Source of the DNA: Eutreptiella sp. 'Long Island Sound 2002'
Taxonomy: Eukaryota; Protista; Euglenida
Assembly: GCA_964036045.1 (NCBI GenBank)
Contig: OZ038378.1
Location: 29,388,001-29,452,000, forward strand
DNA: 64,000 nucleotides
Direction of reading: 5' to 3'
A model generated the notes under the pieces. It was not told the DNA's origin. It worked only from the letters and a program-made list of their open reading frames with translations, and did not search any database. Positions 38,521-49,949 of the stretch are shown here, one piece after another. Position numbers and translations under genes: made by a program. Numbering within the stretch: the first letter of the stretch is position 1; every line of letters starts with the position of its first letter.

Positions 38521-39471
38521 CCAACGTCCACAAACGTGGCTTGTAGTGGTACTTGTGCTTCAGGGCACGTTGGTCCCCAGTCATGTACAGCTCTCAGTGA
38601 CAGTGCCCCACCAAAGCCTTCCATTGCCACATAATGAAAAATCAGGCTACTCAGAATCTGTCTCAGAGTCCAAGGACCCGCAGGAACCTTGTAAATGTGA
38701 TCATGTAGATCAGTTACCTGCGACATGCTGACGGCCATAAAAATCTGGTTTTCCAGAAAAAGATATTTTGTTCCCAATGGTGTGGAAACCACTGGAGGTC
38801 ACTTCACCTGGCAAGGGTTCTGAGTGCGTGTTTTGCTTAGCCCGGTTTGTATGGGGGATGGGCATCATATCGTGGCTCGTGATGAGGAACCCCAGGCGTC
38901 CCTGGTCATCAATTTTTCCTTTTGCCCCCCCTCCCCTTGTCACAATAGTGAAAAGGAGGTTGAAGCCAACCAGAACAGCACATCAAGTGTAGTTGGACTA
39001 CCAGTCCCCAGCATGTTGTACATGCCACATCCCTACTATCGGCTCAACCATCAGTGGCAGTATCATGCCAGTCCACGACGCTTGGTGTTGCTGGCACATT
39101 TGTCAAAAAAAGAAAAAGACAGCACTGCCACCCTCCCCAAAAGGTGTCCCAAAGTCCCAAAGTCACCTGACAGAAGAGCCCCTTGTTGGTAACCCCACCC
39201 CCCCTGCCCAGGGTTCGGGGGCTCATATGAACCCCCCCTCCCCAATTGGAACAAATTCTCCACCCACCTTCCCATGTCTCAAAGAGGCACCCAGGCCCAA
39301 TCGTGGGGGCTCTGCACCTGGATTATCCCAGCCCTAGTGTCCCTCCAGCCCTCCAGCCTCCAACTCTTTTAAAATTCCGGGGGGGGGGGGCAGGGGTCCA
39401 GCAGTAGGGGATATAGGCTGCTGGGGGAGGGGGGCTGAGCACTGGACAGGCCATGGGGGAGGAGGGGCGAG

Positions 39472-39490
39472 TTCTGAGTGTCTATTTTCG
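39472..39490 (+). other. Relic of the euglenid spliced-leader (SL) sequence
   Basis: TTCTGAGTGTCTATTTTCG versus the Euglena SL ACTTTCTGAGTGTCTATTTTTTTTCG (recalled): 17-nt exact match plus terminal CG, with a shortened T-run. Confidence 0.6.
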
Positions 39491-40199
39491 TGAAAGGCGT
39501 GTATGACATCTCACTGATGACCTTTCTCCATTGACTTGTGTCTTGCTCCCATTCTGTGTTCCATCTGCTTCCCACAGCAGTGGGGTTGTAGGGGGCGAGG
39601 TGCGCGATGAGAGGAGTGGTGTGTGCAACAGATTGCTGTTTGCTCATCTGTAGGACAGCACCACCGGCACCATCAGCGTCAAGTTCAGTGCGTATGAGGG
39701 CGAATTCTCCCTGAAGGATGGCAAGGTGTGGTGACGGGTGTGATGTCTGAGGCTTGCCTGCTGGCTCGGTATCCTGGAGGAAACCCCCCATTCGGCATCT
39801 TCGCTGTGTGTGGGTGTTGGTGTGTGTATGTGCGCATGTGTGTGTGTGGGGGGGGGGGGGTTCAGCAGGTGCTGCATTCTATGCCCGTGCCTCTGCGGGC
39901 TTTTATAGGGTGCCTGCCAGCTCAGGTCCCGACGTAACCTCAGAACTAGAGGTGGGACAGGATGTGTTATTTGGTGTATGTCACCTGAGGATTCCGTGGT
40001 TGGTTGGTGCAGAACACCGTGTTACAGACCATGCTAGGCTATCAGTTTCTTAAGCAAAAATTGGGTTAGTAATTGTCATTTTACAACTAACCAGGGAATA
40101 TATATCTGATACATACACACACCTGCACAGTCCCATCAAGTGCGCACACACGAGTGATCGCTCGCCAACACACAGATGCAGTACATGGCGCTTCTTCAT

Positions 40200-42165
40200 C
40201 ACGGGGGGGCGGCCGGGCCCGGTCCTTGTATGCGACCCCACCCAGCCCCCCCCCCCCCCCAGGGTTTTGAAAGATAGTGGTGCCGGGTCGGCCACCAACA
40301 AGTGTCTCTAGAGAAAACTGTCCGGCGCCGAAGGCGCCAAATTTTTTTTTCATACTATGTGTTTATACTCAAAATACTCAAAATTTTGTAGAGAATTCAT
40401 ATTTGTGTTAAAACAACAAGAAGTAGGGCCACGGGGGGGCTGCAGGCCCTAGCAGCAACCAGAACCCTAGCCCTAACTCTAACCCTAGCCCTAATCAAGA
40501 CTGAATATTGGGACCGAGCTGGTGGGGGAGGGAACATTAGATATGAATGGTGATGGACACCAATGAGTCACACATTGAAGGCCGTTGACAGAGTGGAATC
40601 AGCTTGCAAGTGATCCCCTTCACCACAAGGCCCACTTTCAAGGCTTTTGTGGACTTGTGATTGGCCAAAATGCCCCAAAATGGGCTCAAAATGGGCTCAT
40701 TTCACCCGTTTGTGCACCCCAAATGGTCTAGTATGAGTTTTGGAAACATGCGTTTTTGACCCATTTTTGACCCATTTTTGGTCCCAAAACAGCCCATTTT
40801 CAAGGCATTTTGGGATTTTCGGAGGACCAAAATGGCCCACCACAAGCTCAAAACGGTCCAAAAACACTTGTTTTAGCATCACACATGGTGTAGGATCATT
40901 TTTGAGAAAAGTCATCTTTTTGCCCCTATGGGACCCTGTTGACCCATTTGGACACCCACCTGTTTGAGTTTGAGCTTGCAGCTTGCCGCAGCCTACCGGG
41001 CCTAGGTACGCGGGTCTAGGCGTCTGTTTCGGCAATTCTGAGGGGTATAAAACACAAAAAGTGGGGGATTGCGGGTGGATTAGGTGCCCTCGGAATCGCA
41101 TTTTGAGCCATGTAGCCAAAGATATGGCCTGTTCTTGGTTTGTGGCTGTCGCCAGCTATGAATGGTGAGGGACACCAATGAGTCACACATTGAAGGCCGT
41201 TGACAGAGTGGAATCGGCTTGCAAGTGATCCCCTTCACCAAGGCCCACTTCAAGGCTTTTTTGGACTTTTGAGGGGCCAAAATGCCCCCAAAATGGGCTC
41301 AAAATGGGCTCATTTCGCCCGTTGGTGCACCCCAAATGGTCTGGGATGATTTTTGGAAACATGCGTTTTTGACCCATTTTTGACCCATTTTTGGTCCCAA
41401 AACAGCCCATTTCCAAGGCATTTTGGGATTCTCGGAGGACCAAAATGGACCACCACAAGCTCAAAACAGTCCAAAAACACTTGTTTTAGCATCACACATG
41501 GTCTAAGATCATTTTTTAGAAAAGTCATCTTTTTGCCCCTATGGGACCCTGCTGACCCATTTGGGCACCCACGTGTTTCGGTTTGAGCTTGCAGCTTGCC
41601 GCAGCCTACCGGGCCTAGGTACGGGGGTCTAGGCGTCCGTTTAGGCAATTCTGAGGGGTGGAAACCATAAAAAGTGGGGGATTGTGGGTGGATTAGGTGC
41701 CCTCGGAATCGCATTTTGAGCCATGTAGCCAAAGATATGGCCTGTTCTTGGTTTGTGGCTGTTGCCAGCCAGTCTACACAAAATTTGGGGCTTTTGGGGG
41801 CCTTTTTGGGCCGTTTCCGGGACATATGGTGGAGTTAGAGGGCCGCAAAGGGCTCGTTGACAGGGGAAAGTCAAGCTGCACATAGAGTGTACGCACCCTT
41901 TCCCTTCGTTTGGCCGTTTTGAAAGGGTTCTAGGGCTGTTTTGGCCCAAAAATGGCTGTGGTTGGCCCTAAATTGCAGTTTTTGAAACCGAGGTCCGCCA
42001 CTTGCGACAATTGTTCCCGGCCGCCACCGTTGAGTTTCTTGCTCAAACTTTGTGTGGTCGTCCCTCACACCCACAGGTATCATGCACCAAAATTTCAACC
42101 AAATCCGAAGCACCACGACGGAGTTCTGATTTTTCCCCGTTTCGCGCGTGCTGCTTGCTGCTGGC

Positions 42166-42198
<33 letters not shown>

Positions 42199-43668
42199 TA
42201 AACCTGGTAGGTCCACCCTAGACCCTAAAAAGGGTTATAAAACCAAGACTGGTTCCACCAGCTCGGTGACCCTAACCCTAATCAAGACTGAATATTGGGA
42301 CCGAGCTAGTGGGGGAGGGAACATCAGCTATGACTGGTGAGGGACATCAAGATTGATTCACACATTCATGGCTCTTGACAAAGTGAAATCAGCTTGCAAG
42401 TGAGCCCCATCACCACAAGGCCCACTTTCAAGGCTTTTTGGACTTCTGGGGGGCCAAAATGCCCCAAAATGGGCTCAAAATGGGCTCATTTCACCCGTTT
42501 GTGCACCCCAAATGGTTCAAGATGAGGTTTGGAAACATGCGTTTTTGACCCATTTTGGACCCTTTTTTGGTCACAAAACAGCCCCATTTTCAAGGCATTT
42601 TGGGATTTTCGGAAGACCAAAATGGCCCACCACAAGCTCATAACGGTGCAAAATCACTTGTTTTAGCGTCGCACATGGTCTAGGATCATTTTTGAGAAAG
42701 TCATCTTTTTGCCCCTATGGGACCCTGTTGACCCATTTGGGCACCCACTTGTTTGGGCTTGAGCTTGCAGCTTGCTGCAGCCTAGTGGGCCCAGGTATTG
42801 GGGTCTAGGCGTCCGTTTGGGCAATTCTGAGGGGTGGAAACCACAAAAAGTGGGGGGTTGCGGGTGGACTAGGTGCCCTCGGAATCACATTTTGAGCCGT
42901 GTAGCCAAAGATATGGCCTATTCTTGGTTTGTGGTTGTCAGCATTTGGAGCTTGTGGGGGCCTTTTTGGGCCGTTTCCGGGACATATCATGGAGTTAGAG
43001 GGCCGCAAAGAACTCGTTGACACGGGGAAGTCAAGCCGCACGTGCAGTGTACCCTCCGTTTCCCTTCGTTTGGCTGTTTTGAATGTGTTCCAGGGTTATT
43101 TTGGCCCGAAAATGGCTGCTTTTGGCCCTAAACTGCAGTTTTTGAAACTGAGGTCCGCCACTTGCGAATCATGTTCCTGGCCGCCACCGCTGAGTTTCTT
43201 GCTCAAACTTTGTGTGATTGTACTTCACACCCATAGGTATCATCCACCAAAATTTCACGTGAATCTGAAGCACCACGACGGAGTTTCGATTTTTGCCCAT
43301 TTCGCGCGTGCTGCTTGGTTGCTTGCTGCTTGCTGCTAAACGTGGTAGGTCCACCCTAGATACTAAAAAGGGTTATAAAACCAAGACTGGTTCCACCAGC
43401 TCGGTGACTCTAACCCTGGGGCTAACCCTAACCCTCACCCGAACCCCAACCCTAACGCACCCCCCCCCCCCCTCACCCCTGGCTGGACGCCCCCATGACC
43501 CCCCCCGACCCCCGGCCAGACCCCCCCCCGCGACCCCCGGGAGGAACACCTCCCCCCTCCCGACCCCCGGCTGGACCCCCCCCCAACTGCCCCCCCCCCA
43601 TGTTTTGAAAGATAGTTGGGGGGTGGCTCGCATCAGGACCGGTTGTAGTCGCCCCCCCCCCCCCCGTG
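40200..43668. mobile_element. Non-autonomous hAT-type element (3469 bp)
   Basis: Perfect 8-bp TSD TTCTTCAT (40192-40199 and 43669-43676). ~45-bp imperfect TIRs starting CACGGGGGGG...CCGGTCCT.ATGCGA.CCACCC. No ORF with transposase motifs. Confidence 0.85.
40495..43407. repeat. Two tandem ~1.15-kb units (the first with an internal ~610-bp duplication) separated by CCCTAA-like repeats
   Basis: Units 40495-42269 and 42282-43407. Telomere-like tracts at ~40464-40494, 42270-42281 and ~43410-43455. A 13-bp IR ACCGAGCTGGTGG/CCACCAGCTCGGT lies near each unit end. Confidence 0.85.
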
Positions 43669-44069
43669 TTCTTCATGTGGAAAGGTCATTCCTCACTGTT
43701 GGGAAGACATAGAATCATCGCGGTGACCATGAAATAACAGTTGCAGTGAAGACGGACAACAAAAGCCTGAGATGTATACGACTACGGGAGAGTGGGACCA
43801 ATGCCACACAACATGCTAGCAAGCTCCTAATGACAAACGTAGCCCCTAGACAAACTCAACAAGCACAAGAAAGGAGCAATACCATCATTTGCAAAATTCG
43901 GAACCTCTTCATCCGGTCTTTGTGGCTTGTTCCGGTGGTGTTCCCGTAGGAAATGTTTCGGACCAATGTTTTCCCCATTTGGAATGCTTTCACTGGCACA
44001 ACATTTATGTTCAAACGTGTACCAAGGGCGAGGGGACTCGGGGGTATACGCCGACAACGTTGGAGGGCA

Positions 44070-45830
44070 AGACCGCACACACTTGCTCCATCATACCATG
44101 GGGCGCCCCTATCCCCACACAATTCACCTCGGACCGAGGGAACTCGGGTCTAGCCGCCGACGGCCCAGTAGGAGCGGGGGGGGGGGGGGCTGCGTACACC
44201 TGCTATACCCTCCCACTGGGCGTCCCTATCCCAAAGTCGTGTGCACAAGACCAAGGGGACTCGGGCGTAGCCGCGAACTGCGAGGGAAGGGGGGATGCAC
44301 ACACCTGCTCCCTTCCACCGGGTGCCCCTATCCCCACACACCCTGCACCGGACCGAGGGGACTCAGGTGTCGCCGCTGACTGCGTGGCACGGGGTCGCTG
44401 CAACAACTTGCTCCCCGCTCCCACTAGGCGTCCCTATCCCCACATGGGCTGCCCAAGACCGCGGGGGAATGGGTGTAGCCGCCGGCCGCGCAGGACAGGG
44501 TGTCTGCATGCACCTACTCCCCTCTCCCAACGGGCATCTCTATCCCCAAACGGCCTGCACCGCACCGAGGGGAATAGGGTGCTGCCGCCTAAGGTGCAAG
44601 GCGGGAGGGTGCACGCACCTCCTCCCCCTTGCCATTTGGCGTCCTTATCGACACACGGCCCAACCAAGACCGAGACGACTCGGGTGTAGCCGCAGATAGC
44701 GTGAGAGGGGGGCTGCTACACACACCTTCTGCCCCCTCCCACTGGGCATCTCTATCAACACATGGCCCGCCAAGGACCCAGGGGACTCGGGTGAAGCCCC
44801 CTACGGCACCCCGGGGGGGGGGGGGGGGGGCACACGCTTGATGCATCCTCCCACGGGGCCCCCCTCAACCCACATGGTGCACCAGGGACCGAGGGGACTC
44901 GGGTTTATCCGCCGCTGTGTGGGGGTTGAGGGACTGTACACACTTGCACCATCCCCCGATCGGGCATCCCTATCCCCACCCAGTCGGTCTAGGACCAGTG
45001 GACTTTGGTGTATCCGCCGCTCCGTGGTGGGGGGAGGGGGGACTGGAGACACCTGCTCGACCCTCCCACTAGGCGTCCCCACCACCATATGGTACGCCAC
45101 GGACCGAAAGGGCTCGGGTATAGCTATGGACGGCAGTGGAGAGAGGCATTAGCATACACCCGACACACGTTCCCACCGGGAATCCCCATCCCCACACGGT
45201 AAGCCCAAGACCGAGGGGAGTCGGGTGTTTCCCCATATAGCGTGGGAGGGCAGAGACCACACAAACCTGCTGCACCCTCCCAGAAGGCGCCCCTATCACC
45301 ACACATTTCACCTAGGGCCGAGGGGACTTGGGTGTAGCCGCTGACAGCCCGCTCGGGGGAGGGGGGGTTGTGTACACTTGCCCTACCGTCCTACCAAGCA
45401 TCCCTATCCAAAAGCAGTCTGCATGAGACCGAGGGGACTCGGGCGTAGCGGCCAACTGCGTGGGAAGGGGGGACATGCACGCACTTGCTCCTCCTTTCCA
45501 CCGGGTGCCCCTATCCCCACACCCCCTATGCCGGAACCCTCTAACTCAGGTATCGGTGCTGACTCCGTGGGAGAGGGGGCTGCATCAACTTGCTCCTACC
45601 GGGCGTCCCTATCCCCACACCACGGTCCGCCCAAGACCGAGGGGACTCGTGTGTAGTCACCGATTGCGCGGGGGGGTGTTCGCATGCACCTGCTCCCCTG
45701 TTCTAGCGGGCATCTCTATCCCCACAAGCGACAAGGCCTCCATCAGACCGAGGGGAGTAGGGTGCAGCCGCCTACCCCGCGGAAGGGGAAGCTGTAGGCA
45801 ACTCTCGCCCCTTCCCAACGGGCCCGACCA
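44070..45830. repeat. ~105-bp tandem repeat, about 17 degenerate copies
   Basis: CCCTATCCCCAC at 44107, 44224, 44326, 44432, 44537...; second conserved block GACCGAGGGGACTCGGGTGTAGCCGCC. Confidence 0.85.
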
Positions 45831-45999
45831 AGACTGAAAATCATTTGTTCTCTGCACCCATCACGACAAAATATTTTACCACCACAATACCACCGTACTC
45901 TTCTACCTTACAAGATAAGGCGTACCCCCCCCCCGCCCGCAACAACAACGGCATTGGGGATGGGGGCTACTCCACATACTGCTGCAATGGTGCCCGTGC

Positions 46000-47784
46000 C
46001 AGGCTTTTGCTTAGTGTCCATCCTACCCCAAGAGGGGGGGGGGTGGGTGGGTCTGGCAGAATTTCAGGGTGGGTGGGTGTCCAACCATCCCCCCCCCCCC
46101 CCGGGGTGGGTTGGGACTTTGTGGGGGCCCTTGGGTGCTGTGTCTGCCCCACGCCCCTGACAGAAAAAGAGCAAAGGGGGAAGAAACGGAAGCACTCCGA
46201 TGTCATCCACATCCATGTTTAAGACAGTGACGCTTCAGCCTCGTCCTCCAGCTCTGATCTGGTGTCATCCTCTGAGTCGAGCAGTGATTAGACTGACATG
46301 ATGGTTGTTCACCTCTGTGAAAAACTTGGTCTTCTGTATTGCATGTCTTAGTTGGGTACGTGGGTGGGTGGGTGGGTGGGTGGGTGTCAGACCCCCCCCC
46401 CCCCCAGGGGCCCAGTCGGCCCAAATTTCAGCCACCACAAAGCGAGGGTGCAGGCCGTGGGCTGGTTCCCCTTGGGGACCAGGAAATAGGGGAGCAGACC
46501 TTTTGCTGCCCCTACCCCCCCCCAACAGAAATGGGGCCGGACCGAAAGCAGGCCCAGCACCCCCCCCCCCCCCAGCATGCCCTCGCCCCCTCACTGCAGG
46601 CCGTCACATGGTGATCGAGGTCCCACCCCTCACGGACAGGGAGCGGACGCCGAACGACGAGTATGTTGGGATCTGGGACCCGCATGGTAACCTAGCAGGT
46701 GGTCCTCCTCTCCCAAACAAGTGAGCAGGTAGACCCATCCACCACTAACCCCCCCCCCCCCAGCCTGCGCCCCCGACGGGAGGGGTGCACGGAGTCGGCG
46801 CCCTCAGGGCCTAAAAAGTGGAGGCTGTGAAGGGCTCACAGCTTGACCGCTGTGGGTATCCCTTGAGCGACCTGCACAGGGAACCTCCAGGTGTGCGCGT
46901 GCCCCTCCAACTTCATCACGGACGCCTAGGCCAGCACAGCCCCGTGCACTCCAGTGCAGTTGCGGGCGACCCCTGGAGGCCAGACAGCCACCTGCCGACC
47001 CCTGCCCCCCCCCCCCTTCCTCAACGGAGAGGCCATTCGGGTGTGGTGCCCTCTGGGCCCCCTCGTCTACGCGGGCTGTAGCGCCGCAGCCAGTGCAGCC
47101 AGCACCGGTGGCACCCAGGGCAGGGAAGCACTCTTTGCGCCCTGGTGCCCCTCCACCTGCCCGCGGTACGCCCTCGGCCGTGGGGAGCCGGACCCAGCCC
47201 GCGTGGCAGCACCACCTGTGCCTAAGGCAGTCAGGGAGTGCGGGTCTGACCCCAGTCGTGCCACGTACCACCGCCTTCCCGTGCCAACAGGCAGTCGTGG
47301 AGTGGTTGGGTAGCATGTCCTAGTGACGTGGAGGTTGCGAGCCCAGGCCCACATCTCCCCCGGCGGGCTCAGAGTTAGGCTCTCCAGCCTCCCTGCCGGG
47401 GCCTGGAGCACCAGGCACACACTTCCCCGCACCATGTGCGCCAACGCCGAACAACAATGGAGCAAGCAGGTGTGCCACAGCCCCCCCCCCCCCTCCACAA
47501 ACACACAAGGGCACATACACACAGGCACGGCGGCATCTCCCGCCCGCGAGCGCCACCGCGGGGTCTGGGGGCGGTCAGCAGTCCGGTAGGCCTTGTGACC
47601 GGACACCCTGGTACAGCCGCCCGGTCGGGTCCGGCAGGGAAGGCGGCGCGGACCGTGGGTAGGCGACCAGGTGAGGCCCAACCCCCCCCAGGGGGGGGGG
47701 ACTTCCGTCGGTCTGTGGGTACGCCAAAATTCTGGGTGGGTGGGTCCCTGAATTAACCCCCCCCCGTGGTTAAGCAAAACCCTG
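46000..47784. mobile_element. Non-autonomous hAT-type element (1785 bp)
   Basis: TIR CAGGCTTTTGCTTAG / TTAAGCAAAACCCTG. 8-bp TSD GCCCGTGC / GCCGGTGC (7 of 8 match). GGGTGGGTGGGT subterminal motifs. Confidence 0.75.
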
Positions 47785-48899
47785 GCCGGTGCTGGGTGTG
47801 CCGACTCCTCTTCCCGGCCGCTTGCATTTTTGTGCGTCGTGTCACCCCCACGCGACGTGGTGGCCCCCCATAGGGGTTGGGGTTTTGGACGGGGAGTGGT
47901 TCAGGGTACAATGGATGGAGCCACTCCTCAATTGCGCCTGTGTGGCATGAAAGAACCCCCCCCCCCCCCAGTGTGCCTCGGGCGCTGTTGGAGGTCCAAC
48001 TAGAGGGCGTTGCCTTTGGCTTTGCTATGGTCCATTTGTTGGCCCGGCCCCGGTATACTTGGACATCCGCGCAATGCACCCGAAACCGTTCACCTCCATG
48101 ACATCCCTGCAAATGGTACATCCTCATCCCCAAGACTCCAAAAGCGGGGCCCGTTGTCAAAGTTGCCCCCCATGGACGTGCAGGGCAAGACCAGTAACTC
48201 CCCTGGACAACAAACTCCTACAGGCAGGGGGGTGAGTAGAGCCCAGTACCTACAAATAGTGTTTGGTTAAATGTTTTGTGTTCACTTGGGATGATAAGAT
48301 TGGGCCGAGCTGGGGTGCGCGGCGGAATGCGCCTCCAGGCAAACATATAAAGAATGCAACACACATACAAAGAGCAATGTGAAGCAAAACACTAAATAAA
48401 CAGTCACATGTGGTTCATCACCGCGCGTCGGCTCTCCCACCTCTGTGCGTGAAATGGAAACAGGGCAAGCACCCCCCCCCCCCCCCCCGCCTCCCCAAGT
48501 ACCAGACTACCCCAGTGAACACCGATTATCCACGTGTAGCTAGCCATCAATAGCTCACAAGCCTGGGGATGCCCCACCACCTCCCAAAGCTACTCGGGGG
48601 TGGGTTGCCGGTAACCCACTGTGAAGCGATCACCCCCATGCCCTGCCCCAACGTGGGCAGAATAGCGGGGCCACCAAGGGGACCAGGTAAGCACAAATTC
48701 CAAACTTTTTTTTTAACCGAAACGCTTGCCCCCCAACAATGTTTTTTCCCCAACTTTTCCGGTGATTCTTTCTTCAACCATGACACTTGTCCCCCCCCTA
48801 CATGGTGAAATTTTGCCTCCCGCGGGACACTTTTTCCTGCTCCCTCCCCCTCCGCCCCTTGCAATTGCCTATAGGGATGTGTTGACAGAAAAATTGTCT

Positions 48900-49600
48900 G
48901 TGTATTTGAGAGCAACATCCAAGTTGTCAAAATCCTAGAGGTTGTGTACGTATTGAGGTATGACCACCAACATGTGCCGTGCAAGACCCAACTTCTGTGA
49001 AATATAGTGCACCGACAGCTCATTGGAGAGAACGGCATCTTGAATGCCGGAGGGAGAGTCATAATCGTGTATTGGGGCGGTGCAGCGCAAGAATGCCATG
49101 GACCACGTATCCTCCTTTGGTGCTACATGTTTAGGTGGGTAAACACACGAAGTGGCGTGCGAGCGCCCTGAAGGATCGCATATAATCCATTCCGTTTGGT
49201 AGGTGCCGTAGCAGAGCGAGCTAGGTCATTGTTTGTGGAGGCTAGTTCCAAGGTTGCATGATGGCTCATCCACTATTGCAACTGCGTATCCATGTGACAT
49301 GTCCACACGCCTAGCAGATCCGACAATTGCCACACACACACACACACATAAACACAAACACACATGATAGATGCGACAAATGTATAGCACCCGAGACAAG
49401 CAGGCGGCCAGGAGGACGGCCTAAGTGCATTGATGCTTGTCAAGTGCAGGGTCAAAACAAATGCATGTCCGAACATGGCAATATGTGCGTTTCTGCAACG
49501 AAAGAAGGATGTGGTGCTGCAGCACCACGTTGCACACTGAGCTGGTTTGAAGGGGTGTGATCTGTCCAAAATGGCCTGAAACTGTTGGTGAGCCACAGTC
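48900..49600 (-). mobile_element. Possible Kyakuja-Dileera-Zisupton (KDZ)-like transposase relic
   Basis: Across frameshifts: NGLYAILQGARTPLRVFTHLNM, KGGYVVHGIL, HDYD, MLVVIPQYVH. This is a loose match to the GL.G.C.H..PL...NM..GE.Y ... YD ... FH order of KDZ transposases. Confidence 0.3.
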
Positions 49601-49949
49601 CCCTCCCCCGCTGTCTAGGTTACCATTTGGTGTTTGTTGATGTTTAAATACCTATTTGCTGTGGTTGAATCATTGGTGTTATTCGTCTGGTGGAGGTAAG
49701 TTTTGCGCTCATTATTGCAAGAAAGTTGCTCACTGGTGTTGTGGGCACCATGAAACATTTTTTTCTTCCCTTGCGTGTGTCAGCTATCACTTGCTCTGCA
49801 TCCTCCACATCCCCTGACGCCCCCGCTCAAGCCCAAGCCCCTTACAATATTGATTCACAGTGGCGGGAATGGAACATAGCCGATGAGAAGTGGGGATGCC
49901 CTTGTGGCAAGGTTTTGCCACATTGGCAGACACACGGTAGATCAACACG

